A DNA stretch of 64,000 bases from an uncultured Granulosicoccaceae bacterium (GTDB lineage: Bacteria; Pseudomonadota; Gammaproteobacteria; Granulosicoccales; Granulosicoccaceae), in NCBI GenBank assembly GCA_964393885.1, contig CAYMVV010000014.1, forward strand, positions 8,111-72,110, written 5' to 3'. The position numbers and the translations under genes are program-made. Shown piece after piece: positions 18,684-27,451 of the stretch (position 1 is its first letter; the number at the start of each line of letters is the position of its first letter). The notes beneath the pieces are model-generated. The model was not told where the DNA came from. It did no database searches and was given only the letters and a program-made list of their open reading frames with translations.

Positions 18684-20141
18684 GTGAATCAACAAGAGCT
18701 CATCTCGTTGCTTGCAGAACTGCGTGCCCTGCCGCAAGAAACAGAATGGGTGGAGTTCAAGCACAACAGAGCTGAGCCGAATGATATCGGGGAGTATTTG
18801 TCTGCATTGGCTAACTCTGCGGCTTTGCATGGTAAAGGTGCTGCATACATTGTGTGGGGAGTGGAAGATGTTACTCACAATATTGTTGGAACCACGTTTA
18901 AGCCACGCCTCACCAGGCAAGGTAATGAGGAGCTTGAAAACTGGCTGTTGCGTTTATTGTCACCACGTATAGATTTTCAGATTTATGAGGGCAGTGTTGA
19001 ATCTTTCAATGTGGTGATCTTCAAAATACAGCCGGCTTCGCATACACCGGTCAGCTTTAGTGGAGTGGAATACATCCGGGTTGGCAGCTTGAAAAAGAAG
19101 CTCAAGGAATACCCGGAAAAAGAACGAACATTATGGGCTGGTTTTGCGGCAACGCCATTCGAGAAAGGTGTGGCACTTACAACAGTATCATCGGACGATG
19201 TACTGAACCTGATCGACTATCCGGTATGTTTTGAATTACTTGGTCATGCTCTGCCGGATAATCGACAAGGTATTCTACAGCGATTGAAACAGGAAAAAGT
19301 AATCAGGCATAGAGCGGAGGGTCAATATGACATCACTAACCTTGGCGCCATATTGTTCGCTAAAGATCTGAACCAGTTCGAACGCTTATCTCAAAAAGCT
19401 TTACGCGTTATTCAATACAAAGGTAACAATCGCATAGAAACGCTTCGGGAGCAGATTGGAAAGCGTGGCTATGCATCCGGGTTTGAAGGCCTTGTGTCAT
19501 TCATTGATAATCTATTGCCGCAGAATGAGCAGATAGAAAAAGCGCTTCGCCAGAAAGAATCTCTCTATCCACAACTGGCTATTCGTGAGCTGGTTGCCAA
19601 TCTGCTCGTTCATCAGGACTTTACCCTCAGCGGCACAGAACCCATGGTAGAAATTTTTGCTGACCGAATTGAATTTACTAACCCCGGTAAGCCACTCATT
19701 GAAGTGTTGCGGTTTATCGATGAGCCACCGCAATCCAGAAATGAAGACCTGGCAGATTTGATGCGCCGAATGGGAATCTGTGAACGGCGGGGGAGTGGAA
19801 TCGATAAAGTGATTTCGCAGGTTGAATTGTTTCAGCTTCCGGCGCCCAAGTTTTCTGAAACCTCGCGGCACACCAAAGCTACATTGTTTGCCCCAAAATC
19901 TTTGAACGATATGGATCGAGACGATCGCATCCGCGCCTGCTATCAGCACGCCTGTTTGCGTTATGAGTCAAATGAGCAAATGACTAATGCTTCATTTCGG
20001 GATAGGCTCGGAGTAGATAAGAAGAATTACGCGATTGTCTCTCGTATAATCCGGGACGCCATCGATGCCAATCTGGTACAGGCGGTCGATCCCGACACCG
20101 GCCCTCGTTATATGCGGTATGTACCGTTCTGGGCTGCGTAG
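18684..20141 (+). CDS. AlbA_2 (Schlafen-like) / HATPase_c_4 / probable wHTH protein (COG2865 type)
   Basis: 485-aa ORF with GTG start and AAGG upstream. N-terminal ETEWVEFKHN...YIVWGVED. Central IRELVANLLVHQDF...ERRGSGIDKV. Lies 28 nt after hsdM on the same strand. Confidence 0.7.
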   Translation: MNQQELISLLAELRALPQETEWVEFKHNRAEPNDIGEYLSALANSAALHGKGAAYIVWGVEDVTHNIVGTTFKPRLTRQGNEELENWLLRLLSPRIDFQIYEGSVESFNVVIFKIQPASHTPVSFSGVEYIRVGSLKKKLKEYPEKERTLWAGFAATPFEKGVALTTVSSDDVLNLIDYPVCFELLGHALPDNRQGILQRLKQEKVIRHRAEGQYDITNLGAILFAKDLNQFERLSQKALRVIQYKGNNRIETLREQIGKRGYASGFEGLVSFIDNLLPQNEQIEKALRQKESLYPQLAIRELVANLLVHQDFTLSGTEPMVEIFADRIEFTNPGKPLIEVLRFIDEPPQSRNEDLADLMRRMGICERRGSGIDKVISQVELFQLPAPKFSETSRHTKATLFAPKSLNDMDRDDRIRACYQHACLRYESNEQMTNASFRDRLGVDKKNYAIVSRIIRDAIDANLVQAVDPDTGPRYMRYVPFWAA

Positions 20142-20154
20142 TGTGGTGCGCCGA

Positions 20155-20272
20155 TTCTATGTGATGGCTATGTGATAGCAATGGGGGCTGGGAAGCGGGA
20201 AAACTGAACGGATTCAATAAAAACAATAACTTAAAATTGAATTAGTGCGGGTTTCTATGTGATGGCTATGTG
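20155..20272. repeat. Perfect 20-bp direct repeat ttctatgtgatggctatgtg (20155-20174 and 20253-20272)
   Basis: Read directly in the 264-bp spacer between the AlbA_2-type gene and hsdS. Each copy contains an internal tatgtg...tatgtg sub-repeat. Confidence 0.85.
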
Positions 20273-20405
20273 CAAACCTCTTTCAAATCAGCCGGATTTT
20301 ATCGTATATGGGTGACAAATTATCCGAAGCTCCATTGAAGGTGCCTGCACTTTATCGTCTGGTCTGTCGATCACGCCCTTTAATCAAATTGGTGGGAGTT
20401 GATCT

Positions 20406-21575
20406 ATGACAAATGGGTCAATAACTGAATGGATTTCATGCTGCTTCGGTGACATTACTACTCTAGTATCCTCTGGACGTTCAAAAAAATTTAATCAAGG
20501 TGAACATGTTCTATACGGGTCTACGGGACAAATTGGTTGGACGAATGATTTAGCAGTAACAACTAAAGCCATATTGGTGGCGAGGGTTGGCGCTAATGCT
20601 GGTACTGTCCAGTATGTCAAGGGACAGTTTGGCGTAACCGATAACACGATCATTGTTCAAATTAAAAATGAGCAGTCTTATGGGTACTGGTTTTTGTATT
20701 TAACGCACGAGAATCTGAATGACATAATTTATGGTTCTGGTCAGCCATTGATAACTGGAAGTATTATCAAAAGATTGGAGGTATCGATGCCGCCAATAAA
20801 GGAACAAAAAGCAATAGCCAAAGCCCTGTCCGACACAGATGCGCTGATTGCCGCGCTGGAAAAGTTGATTACGAAGAAGCGAGCCATCAAAACCGCCACC
20901 ATGCAGCAACTGCTGACCGGCAAAACCCGCTTGCCGGGCTTTGGCGAGGGCAAGGGCTACAAGGATTCGGAGTTGGGGCGGATACCGGAGGATTGGGAGG
21001 TTGTGCCTATATCTACTTTTGCCAGCGTAGTATCTGGGGGTACTCCAAGTAGAGATAACGGAGGTTACTGGGGTGGAGATATTCCTTGGGTTACGACAAC
21101 TCTTATTAGCTGGAAAGCGATAGTTCAGGTTGACGAGTACATATCTGAATCCGGTCTTTTTAACTCTGCTGCAAAATGGATTTCGAAAGGCGCTGTTCTG
21201 ATGGCCATGTATGGGCAGGGAAAAACGAGAGGGAAAGTTGGGCTACTAGGAATTGATGCAACAATAAACCAAGCATGTGCAGCGATAGAGCCAAGAAATA
21301 CAGTGGACGGACAATACCTTTTTTATCACCTTCAGAATAGATATTTTGAACTTCGCGAGCTAAGTAATTCTGGCGGCCAAGAGAATTTAAGCGGTGGAAT
21401 AATCAAGGAACTAATGGCGATTTTGCCGGAGAAAGATGAACAAAAAACAATTGCTGAAGTTCTTTCGGATGTGGATAAGGAGATAGCAACGCTTGAGAAA
21501 CAGATTGAAAAAACTAGCGAACTCAAGGTGGCTATGATGCAACAACTCCTAACCGGCCGCACCCGTCTAGTATGA
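20406..21575 (+). CDS. hsdS: Type I restriction-modification system specificity subunit
   Basis: 389 aa. Two variable target-recognition regions are separated by conserved repeats PPIKEQKAIAKALSDTDALIAALEKLI...MQQLLTGKTRL and LPEKDEQKTIAEVLSDVDKEIATLEKQI...MMQQLLTGRTRL. Confidence 0.9.
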   Translation: MTNGSITEWISCCFGDITTLVSSGRSKKFNQGEHVLYGSTGQIGWTNDLAVTTKAILVARVGANAGTVQYVKGQFGVTDNTIIVQIKNEQSYGYWFLYLTHENLNDIIYGSGQPLITGSIIKRLEVSMPPIKEQKAIAKALSDTDALIAALEKLITKKRAIKTATMQQLLTGKTRLPGFGEGKGYKDSELGRIPEDWEVVPISTFASVVSGGTPSRDNGGYWGGDIPWVTTTLISWKAIVQVDEYISESGLFNSAAKWISKGAVLMAMYGQGKTRGKVGLLGIDATINQACAAIEPRNTVDGQYLFYHLQNRYFELRELSNSGGQENLSGGIIKELMAILPEKDEQKTIAEVLSDVDKEIATLEKQIEKTSELKVAMMQQLLTGRTRLV

Positions 21576-24500
21576 AAGATTCAGTCGGCCAGATAGAGAG
21601 GCTAACTCAAAACCGCGTAATACGGTTCTTTCAAGACACACTCGCCTACCGCTACCTGGGTGACTGGCACGACCGTGAAAACAACCGCAACATAGAAACT
21701 GAGATTCTAACCGACTGGCTGAAAACTCAGTCCGTAGATGATGCGCTAATCCCTCGCGCTCTACGCGAACTGGATCGCGCATCTGCACTGGGTGAAGGCA
21801 AACACCTATATGACGCCAACCGCGCCACTTACGAGTTACTTAAATACGGTGTCAAAGTAAGCGCCGGAGCTGGTGAACACAAAACCACAGTCAACCTGAT
21901 CGACTGGAGCAATCCACTCAACAACGACTTCGCCATTGCAGAAGAAGTCTCCGTAAAAGGTGAAAACAAGAAACGCCCGGACATCGTGCTGTATATTAAC
22001 GGTATTGCACTGGGTGTATTGGAACTCAAACGCTCATCAGTCAGTGTGTCTGAAGGCATTCAGCAAAACCGGAGTAATCAGGAAAAACACTTCATCCGCA
22101 ACTTCTTCACCACCATGCAACTGGTGTTAGCAGGCAATGATTCCGAAGGCTTGCGTTACGGCACGATCCTCACACCAGAGAAACACTTCTACCAGTGGAA
22201 GCAGGATGAGCGGTTTGCTGATGGTGTGAATGCAGACAATCGGCTGGACAGTGATCTTGCCGTTCTATGTGATAAGGCACGATTGCTTGAGATTGTGCAC
22301 GATTATGTGGTGTTTGATGCAGGTGTTAAAAAGATACCTCGACACAATCAGTATTATGGAGTGCGCGCGGCACAAGCTTTTGTGAATCGCAAGGAAGGCG
22401 GCATCATCTGGCATACGCAAGGCTCGGGTAAATCACTGACCATGGTATGGCTTGCCAAGTGGCTGCGCAGTAATCTGGAAGATGCAAGGGTACTTGTAAT
22501 TACTGATCGTCGTGAACTGGATGAACAAATTGAGCAGGTGTTTACCGGTGTTGATGAACAGATTGTGCGTACTAAAAGTGGTTCTGACCTGATTGACAAG
22601 CTCAACCAGACTACTCCGTGGCTGCTGTGCTCATTAGTCCACAAGTTTGGCGGTAAGGGTGAGATCAGTGATGCTGAGCTGACCGAGAAAGATGCCAAAC
22701 AGTACATAGAAGACTTACGCAACAGCCTGCCGACTGATTTCAAAGCCAAAGGCAATGTGGTCGTGTTCGTAGATGAATGCCATCGCACCCAGTCGGGCAG
22801 CCTGCATGAGGCGATGACTTCACTGTTGCCCAATGCGCTCTTTATCGGTTTTACCGGCACACCATTATTAAAGGCAGACAAGGCTCGCAGCATTGAAGTG
22901 TTTGGTCGCTACATTCATACCTATAAATTTGATGAGGCGGTAAAGGATGGCGTAATACTGGATCTTCGTTATGAAGCACGTGATATTGATCAGTACGTAG
23001 GGAATCAAAAAAAGATTGATCAATGGTTTGAATCTAAAACCAATGGCCTCACAGATTACGCCGTAACCCAAATTAAAAAGCGCTGGGGCACGATGCGTAG
23101 CTTGTTTTCCAGTGAGGCACGTCTTGGACGCATTGTTCAGGACATTTTGTTCGATATGGAAACCAAAGAAAGGCTCTCTTCAGGCCGTGGTAACGCCATG
23201 CTGGTCTGCGACAGCGTATTCCAGGCTTGCAAGGTCTACGAGATGTTTCAGAGTACGCCACTGGCTGGTAAGTGCGCCATTGTCACCAGCTATAAGCCGT
23301 CGCCCGGAGATATTTCCAAGGAGGAGACCGGTGAAGGCTTAACCGAAAAACTCCGCAAGTACGACATCTACCGTGGAATGCTATCCAAACACTTCGAGGT
23401 GGCGGAAGATCAGGCCATGTACAAGATTGAAGACTTTGAAACGCAGGTAAAAAAGCGTTTTAAGGACGAACCGGCGCAAATGAGGCTGTTAATCGTGGTG
23501 GACAAACTGCTAACAGGTTTCGACGCACCTTCTGCGACCTATCTGTACATAGACAAAAAAATGCAGGACCACGGCTTGTTTCAGGCCATCTGCCGCGTGA
23601 ACCGGCTTGATGGTGACGATAAAAGCTACGGTTACATTGTTGACTATAAAGATCTGTTCAAAAGCCTGGAAGGTGCTGTGGCTGATTACACCCATGACGC
23701 GCTGGATGGATACGATGAGAAAGATATAGAAGGCTTGCTGACGGATCGCGTCGAGAAGGGGCGTGAAAAGCTGGATGATGCATTGGAAGCTGTTCGAGCG
23801 CTATGTGAGCCTGTCATGCAACCCAGAGACGATGCTGCCTATATTCGCTACTTCTGCGGCGATACACAAAGCAAGGATGACCTGCGCAACAATGAAACCA
23901 AACGTATCAAGCTCTATAAGCTGGCCGGGGCGCTGGGCCGTGCCTATCTGGATATGGCTGATGAAATGGAAAAGGCAGGTTACAGTGATGATGAAACAGA
24001 GGCAATAAAGCAACACGTTAGTGTATACACCCGAGCATCTGATGTAGTGAAACTGGCCGCCAACGAAAAAATTGATTTAAAGCAATATGAGCCTGCGATG
24101 CGTCATTTGCTGGATTCCTACATAGAGGCTCGTGATAGCCAGCCACTTGTACAGTTTCATGAACTGGGTGTTCTTGAATTACTGATGAAGCATGGTGCCA
24201 GCGGTGCTGCAGAAGTAGAAAAAGCCATGGGTGGAAATCGCAATGCAGCTGCAGAAACCATAGAGAATAACGTTCGCAAGAAGATAATCGAAGAGCAGGC
24301 GGTTAACCCAAAATACTATGAAAAAATGTCTGAACTACTGGATGCTTTGATCGCACAACGCCGCGCCGAAGTACTTGAGTACCAGGACTATCTGGAACAA
24401 ATAGCCGCACTGGCAGAACAGGTGAGCAAGCCGGGTGGGGGTAACACCGCGAACTACCCTGCCAGCCTGAATACCGCTGCGATGCAAGCGATCTATGACA

Positions 24501-24694
24501 ATCTTGGCAAAGATGAATTGCTGGCAGTACGCATCGATACAGCAGTGCGCTACACCAAAGAAGCCCACTGGGTGGGTGATCGCATGAAGGAGCGCAAGGT
24601 CAAACGTGCACTGCGCAAGGAACTACCCGATGCTACAGACGACCAGATTGACGACTTGCTTGCATTAGTAAAACACCAGTCTGATTACCAGTGA
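21572..24694 (+). CDS. hsdR: Type I restriction endonuclease subunit R
   Basis: 1040 aa. Nuclease-like PDIVLYINGIALGVLELK. Helicase motif I HTQGSGKSLTM and motif II VFVDECHRTQ. ATGA overlap with hsdS. Confidence 0.9.
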   Translation: MKDSVGQIERLTQNRVIRFFQDTLAYRYLGDWHDRENNRNIETEILTDWLKTQSVDDALIPRALRELDRASALGEGKHLYDANRATYELLKYGVKVSAGAGEHKTTVNLIDWSNPLNNDFAIAEEVSVKGENKKRPDIVLYINGIALGVLELKRSSVSVSEGIQQNRSNQEKHFIRNFFTTMQLVLAGNDSEGLRYGTILTPEKHFYQWKQDERFADGVNADNRLDSDLAVLCDKARLLEIVHDYVVFDAGVKKIPRHNQYYGVRAAQAFVNRKEGGIIWHTQGSGKSLTMVWLAKWLRSNLEDARVLVITDRRELDEQIEQVFTGVDEQIVRTKSGSDLIDKLNQTTPWLLCSLVHKFGGKGEISDAELTEKDAKQYIEDLRNSLPTDFKAKGNVVVFVDECHRTQSGSLHEAMTSLLPNALFIGFTGTPLLKADKARSIEVFGRYIHTYKFDEAVKDGVILDLRYEARDIDQYVGNQKKIDQWFESKTNGLTDYAVTQIKKRWGTMRSLFSSEARLGRIVQDILFDMETKERLSSGRGNAMLVCDSVFQACKVYEMFQSTPLAGKCAIVTSYKPSPGDISKEETGEGLTEKLRKYDIYRGMLSKHFEVAEDQAMYKIEDFETQVKKRFKDEPAQMRLLIVVDKLLTGFDAPSATYLYIDKKMQDHGLFQAICRVNRLDGDDKSYGYIVDYKDLFKSLEGAVADYTHDALDGYDEKDIEGLLTDRVEKGREKLDDALEAVRALCEPVMQPRDDAAYIRYFCGDTQSKDDLRNNETKRIKLYKLAGALGRAYLDMADEMEKAGYSDDETEAIKQHVSVYTRASDVVKLAANEKIDLKQYEPAMRHLLDSYIEARDSQPLVQFHELGVLELLMKHGASGAAEVEKAMGGNRNAAAETIENNVRKKIIEEQAVNPKYYEKMSELLDALIAQRRAEVLEYQDYLEQIAALAEQVSKPGGGNTANYPASLNTAAMQAIYDNLGKDELLAVRIDTAVRYTKEAHWVGDRMKERKVKRALRKELPDATDDQIDDLLALVKHQSDYQ

Positions 24695-25422
24695 ATACGC
24701 CAGAGACAGTTAGCAGTATCCGAGTGGCCGGGCTCACTGTGCAGGTCCAGCGTAAAGCAATCAAGAACCTGCATCTCTCTGTCCTGCCACCGGACGGCAA
24801 GGTTCGTATCGCGGTACCGCAGCACGTCACTGAAGATGCCATTCGCCTTGCAGTCGTAGATAAGCTCGGATGGATAAAACGCCAGCGCCTGGAGTTTCAG
24901 GCACAAACCAGACAGACCGAGCGACGCTACGTCAGCGGAGAGTCGCACTACTACCTTGGCAAAGCATATCGTCTTCGAGTAGAACATGGCACACGCCAGA
25001 ACGTGACCCTATGTGGCGGCAACAGACTATTATTGACAACCCGCCCCGATAGCGACACAGCAACACGCGAACGTACGTTGGCACGCTGGTATCGCAAGCA
25101 GTTGGCAGAACAAATTCCGCCACTACTCCAAAAATGGCATCCGAAAGTAGGCAAGGAATGCAGCCGCTGGGGTATCAAACAGATGAAAACTAAATGGGGC
25201 AGCTGCAACACAGGGACCGGGAGCATCTGGTTAAACCTGGAACTCGCCAAAAAGCCCCCTGCTTGCCTTGAATTTATTTTGGTTCATGAACTCGTGCATT
25301 TACACGAACGAACCCACAACGATAAATTCCGTGGCTGGATGGACAAGTTGATGATTGACTGGCCGGAACGAAGGGCGCTTCTAAACAGCTCTCCGCTGGC
25401 TCATGATGAATGGAATTATTGA
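24691..25422 (+). CDS. DUF45 / YgjP-like (M48-type) zinc metallopeptidase
   Basis: 243 aa. GTG start overlaps the hsdR TGA (GTGA). WGSCNTGTGSIWLNLELAK followed by HExxH in ILVHELVHLHERTHN. Confidence 0.8.
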   Translation: MNTPETVSSIRVAGLTVQVQRKAIKNLHLSVLPPDGKVRIAVPQHVTEDAIRLAVVDKLGWIKRQRLEFQAQTRQTERRYVSGESHYYLGKAYRLRVEHGTRQNVTLCGGNRLLLTTRPDSDTATRERTLARWYRKQLAEQIPPLLQKWHPKVGKECSRWGIKQMKTKWGSCNTGTGSIWLNLELAKKPPACLEFILVHELVHLHERTHNDKFRGWMDKLMIDWPERRALLNSSPLAHDEWNY

Positions 25423-25447
25423 ATGGGATATTTTAAGGCTTAGTTCA

Positions 25448-26176
25448 ATGAACATGGACAAAGAAATCGAGGCATCCTTACGTGAATTTCTCGTCGACAT
25501 TGGGTGTAGTCATGCTAACGATACTCGCACAGGTGGAAAGACCGATAATTGGAAGATTGCTATTTATGAGCGCGATGGCCTTCAGGTCGCATTCTACGAC
25601 AAAAAACAAACTATCCATTTAATACTAGAGCACTATGACGATATCATCCCAAACGTACGACGAAATCCGAGAGCGGAAGGCAGTCAAAGAATAAAGCCTT
25701 CGTTAAACATCCACGTCGAAGTGCATACTTTGAAAGAAGCGCTAACGATACTAAAACACTATTACAACGCAAAGACACACGTAACAACTTTTGAAAACCA
25801 CAATGCCAAACACGAAAATGCAGTAATCAATTCCCGCAAGGACAGTTCAATAAATCGTCAAGCCCGACTAGCGCATGCACCGAAAAAACCGAAAAAGAGA
25901 ACAGTTACAATAACGGTCTTTGACCGGAACCCGGATGTTATCGCAGAAGTTCTGGAAAGAGCAAATGGTACCTGCGAAGGTTGCAATGAGCCTGCGCCGT
26001 TTATCAGGGCGAGAGATGGAACACCATACCTGGAAGTTCATCACAAAGATCCATTAGCGCAAGATGGCGAAGATACAGTCGAGAAAGCAATAGCGCTGTG
26101 TCCAAATTGCCACCGTGAGGCGCACTTTGGCTCAAATCCAGCAAACAGCATCCATCGATTAACCACAGGAAATTAA
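25448..26176 (+). CDS. HNH endonuclease (McrA-like C-terminal domain) with unassigned N-terminal domain
   Basis: The ORF is open from 25403. I prefer the ATG at 25448 (AAGG 12 nt upstream). C-terminus CEGCNEPAPFIRARDGTPYLEVHHKDPLAQDGEDTVEKAIALCPNCHREAHFG is a classic HNH/McrA-type motif. The first ~160 aa are unrecognised. Confidence 0.75.
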   Translation: MNMDKEIEASLREFLVDIGCSHANDTRTGGKTDNWKIAIYERDGLQVAFYDKKQTIHLILEHYDDIIPNVRRNPRAEGSQRIKPSLNIHVEVHTLKEALTILKHYYNAKTHVTTFENHNAKHENAVINSRKDSSINRQARLAHAPKKPKKRTVTITVFDRNPDVIAEVLERANGTCEGCNEPAPFIRARDGTPYLEVHHKDPLAQDGEDTVEKAIALCPNCHREAHFGSNPANSIHRLTTGN

Positions 26177-26179
26177 AAG

Positions 26180-27451
26180 TTGATCGAAGACGCCTTGAAA
26201 TCTACTCGAAATCTGCATCGTTTGATCATCGGCGTCAGCATTGCAGTACTAGTATTTTCTTTGTCAATGTATCTGGCAGAAGATAAAGTACGTCAGAAGG
26301 CCGCGATCGATGCACTTATCGAAATCGACTTCCTGGGCTATGAAGGCTGGCTTAAGGAACAGCTTGATAAAGAGATCGCCACCAGAGTGATACCGGCCGT
26401 GAAACCGGTTCGCGATCTGCTAGCGAGCGATGAATATCTCATATTCGAGCTGGATTCGATTACAGATGCACTTGAAGGCACACCCCATATCGGTCAGTTT
26501 CTTGTTGGCGAATCCAATCTCGCTAATGTCTCCGCCGCCACATTGACGTCGCTTGATGCGTTAAATGGTCTGTCGCTAGAACAGGATGTACAACTAACCG
26601 TGCCAAATATTAATTTCCTGATGCAGGAACTACAGGAGTTTCTGACGGACAACAATAAAGCCGGTAAACGGGTAACCGATGCGAGCACATCATTGACCAA
26701 TGATCCTCCAATACTTACCACGTTCCTGCCTGACTCCACACCCATAGCATCTCTTGATTTTCAACTGGCGGATGTCACAGTCACAGGCGCGATACCTGTA
26801 TTTCAGCATTTGTATGATGTCGATGTTGTCAACATCCCAAACTCGTCGTTCCTCATATGGTTGTCTCAGCAAGGATTTGACCCCATCATACGGATCGACG
26901 GTGGCGAGATACTGTTTTTACCCGACGTCCGCCCGCTGCCAAAGGGTTTTGCCGAAGAATCACTTGGCATTCTATCATTGCGCCTGGCAGATGAGATTCG
27001 TGCCGCAGGCCCAGAGCAGCGCACGCTAACCATACTGGGCACCACAGTACCTGGACGGTTGCTGGTGCTGGCCGCACCATTGGTATTGCTAGCCCTGCTC
27101 TACTATTTCAAAAGTCACCTGTCTCACCTCACTCGGATGTCAGATCAGCATGCCGACGAGATGGTCGGGTTTTCCTGGCTGCCGATTAACTTGAGTCGCT
27201 GGCAGTTGCCGGGCACCGGATTCCAATGGTCAGGGCATGTTGCGGAGTTGATTACCACTCTCGCAGTACTGCCGGTGGGAGCCTTGCTGGTGATGTACTT
27301 TAGACTAAGCCCGTTCGGCGGTGTCGGCATAGGAACATCGCTCCTGATCGGGTGCACCTGTTCTGTTGCATTGGTGATTTGCTGGATGTCACTAGTTGAA
27401 GTCAAAACCATTCGGCAACGAGTTATGCTTGTTATGCAAACTCAATCCTAG
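26180..27451 (+). CDS. Hypothetical membrane protein (1 N-terminal + 3 C-terminal predicted TM helices)
   Basis: 423-aa ORF with TTG start, AGGAA 9 nt upstream, 3 nt after the HNH stop. Hydrophobic helices: LIIGVSIAVLVFSLSMYL, RLLVLAAPLVLLALLYYF, VAELITTLAVLPVGALLVMYF, IGTSLLIGCTCSVALVICWMSLV. No recognisable family. Confidence 0.6.
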   Translation: MIEDALKSTRNLHRLIIGVSIAVLVFSLSMYLAEDKVRQKAAIDALIEIDFLGYEGWLKEQLDKEIATRVIPAVKPVRDLLASDEYLIFELDSITDALEGTPHIGQFLVGESNLANVSAATLTSLDALNGLSLEQDVQLTVPNINFLMQELQEFLTDNNKAGKRVTDASTSLTNDPPILTTFLPDSTPIASLDFQLADVTVTGAIPVFQHLYDVDVVNIPNSSFLIWLSQQGFDPIIRIDGGEILFLPDVRPLPKGFAEESLGILSLRLADEIRAAGPEQRTLTILGTTVPGRLLVLAAPLVLLALLYYFKSHLSHLTRMSDQHADEMVGFSWLPINLSRWQLPGTGFQWSGHVAELITTLAVLPVGALLVMYFRLSPFGGVGIGTSLLIGCTCSVALVICWMSLVEVKTIRQRVMLVMQTQS

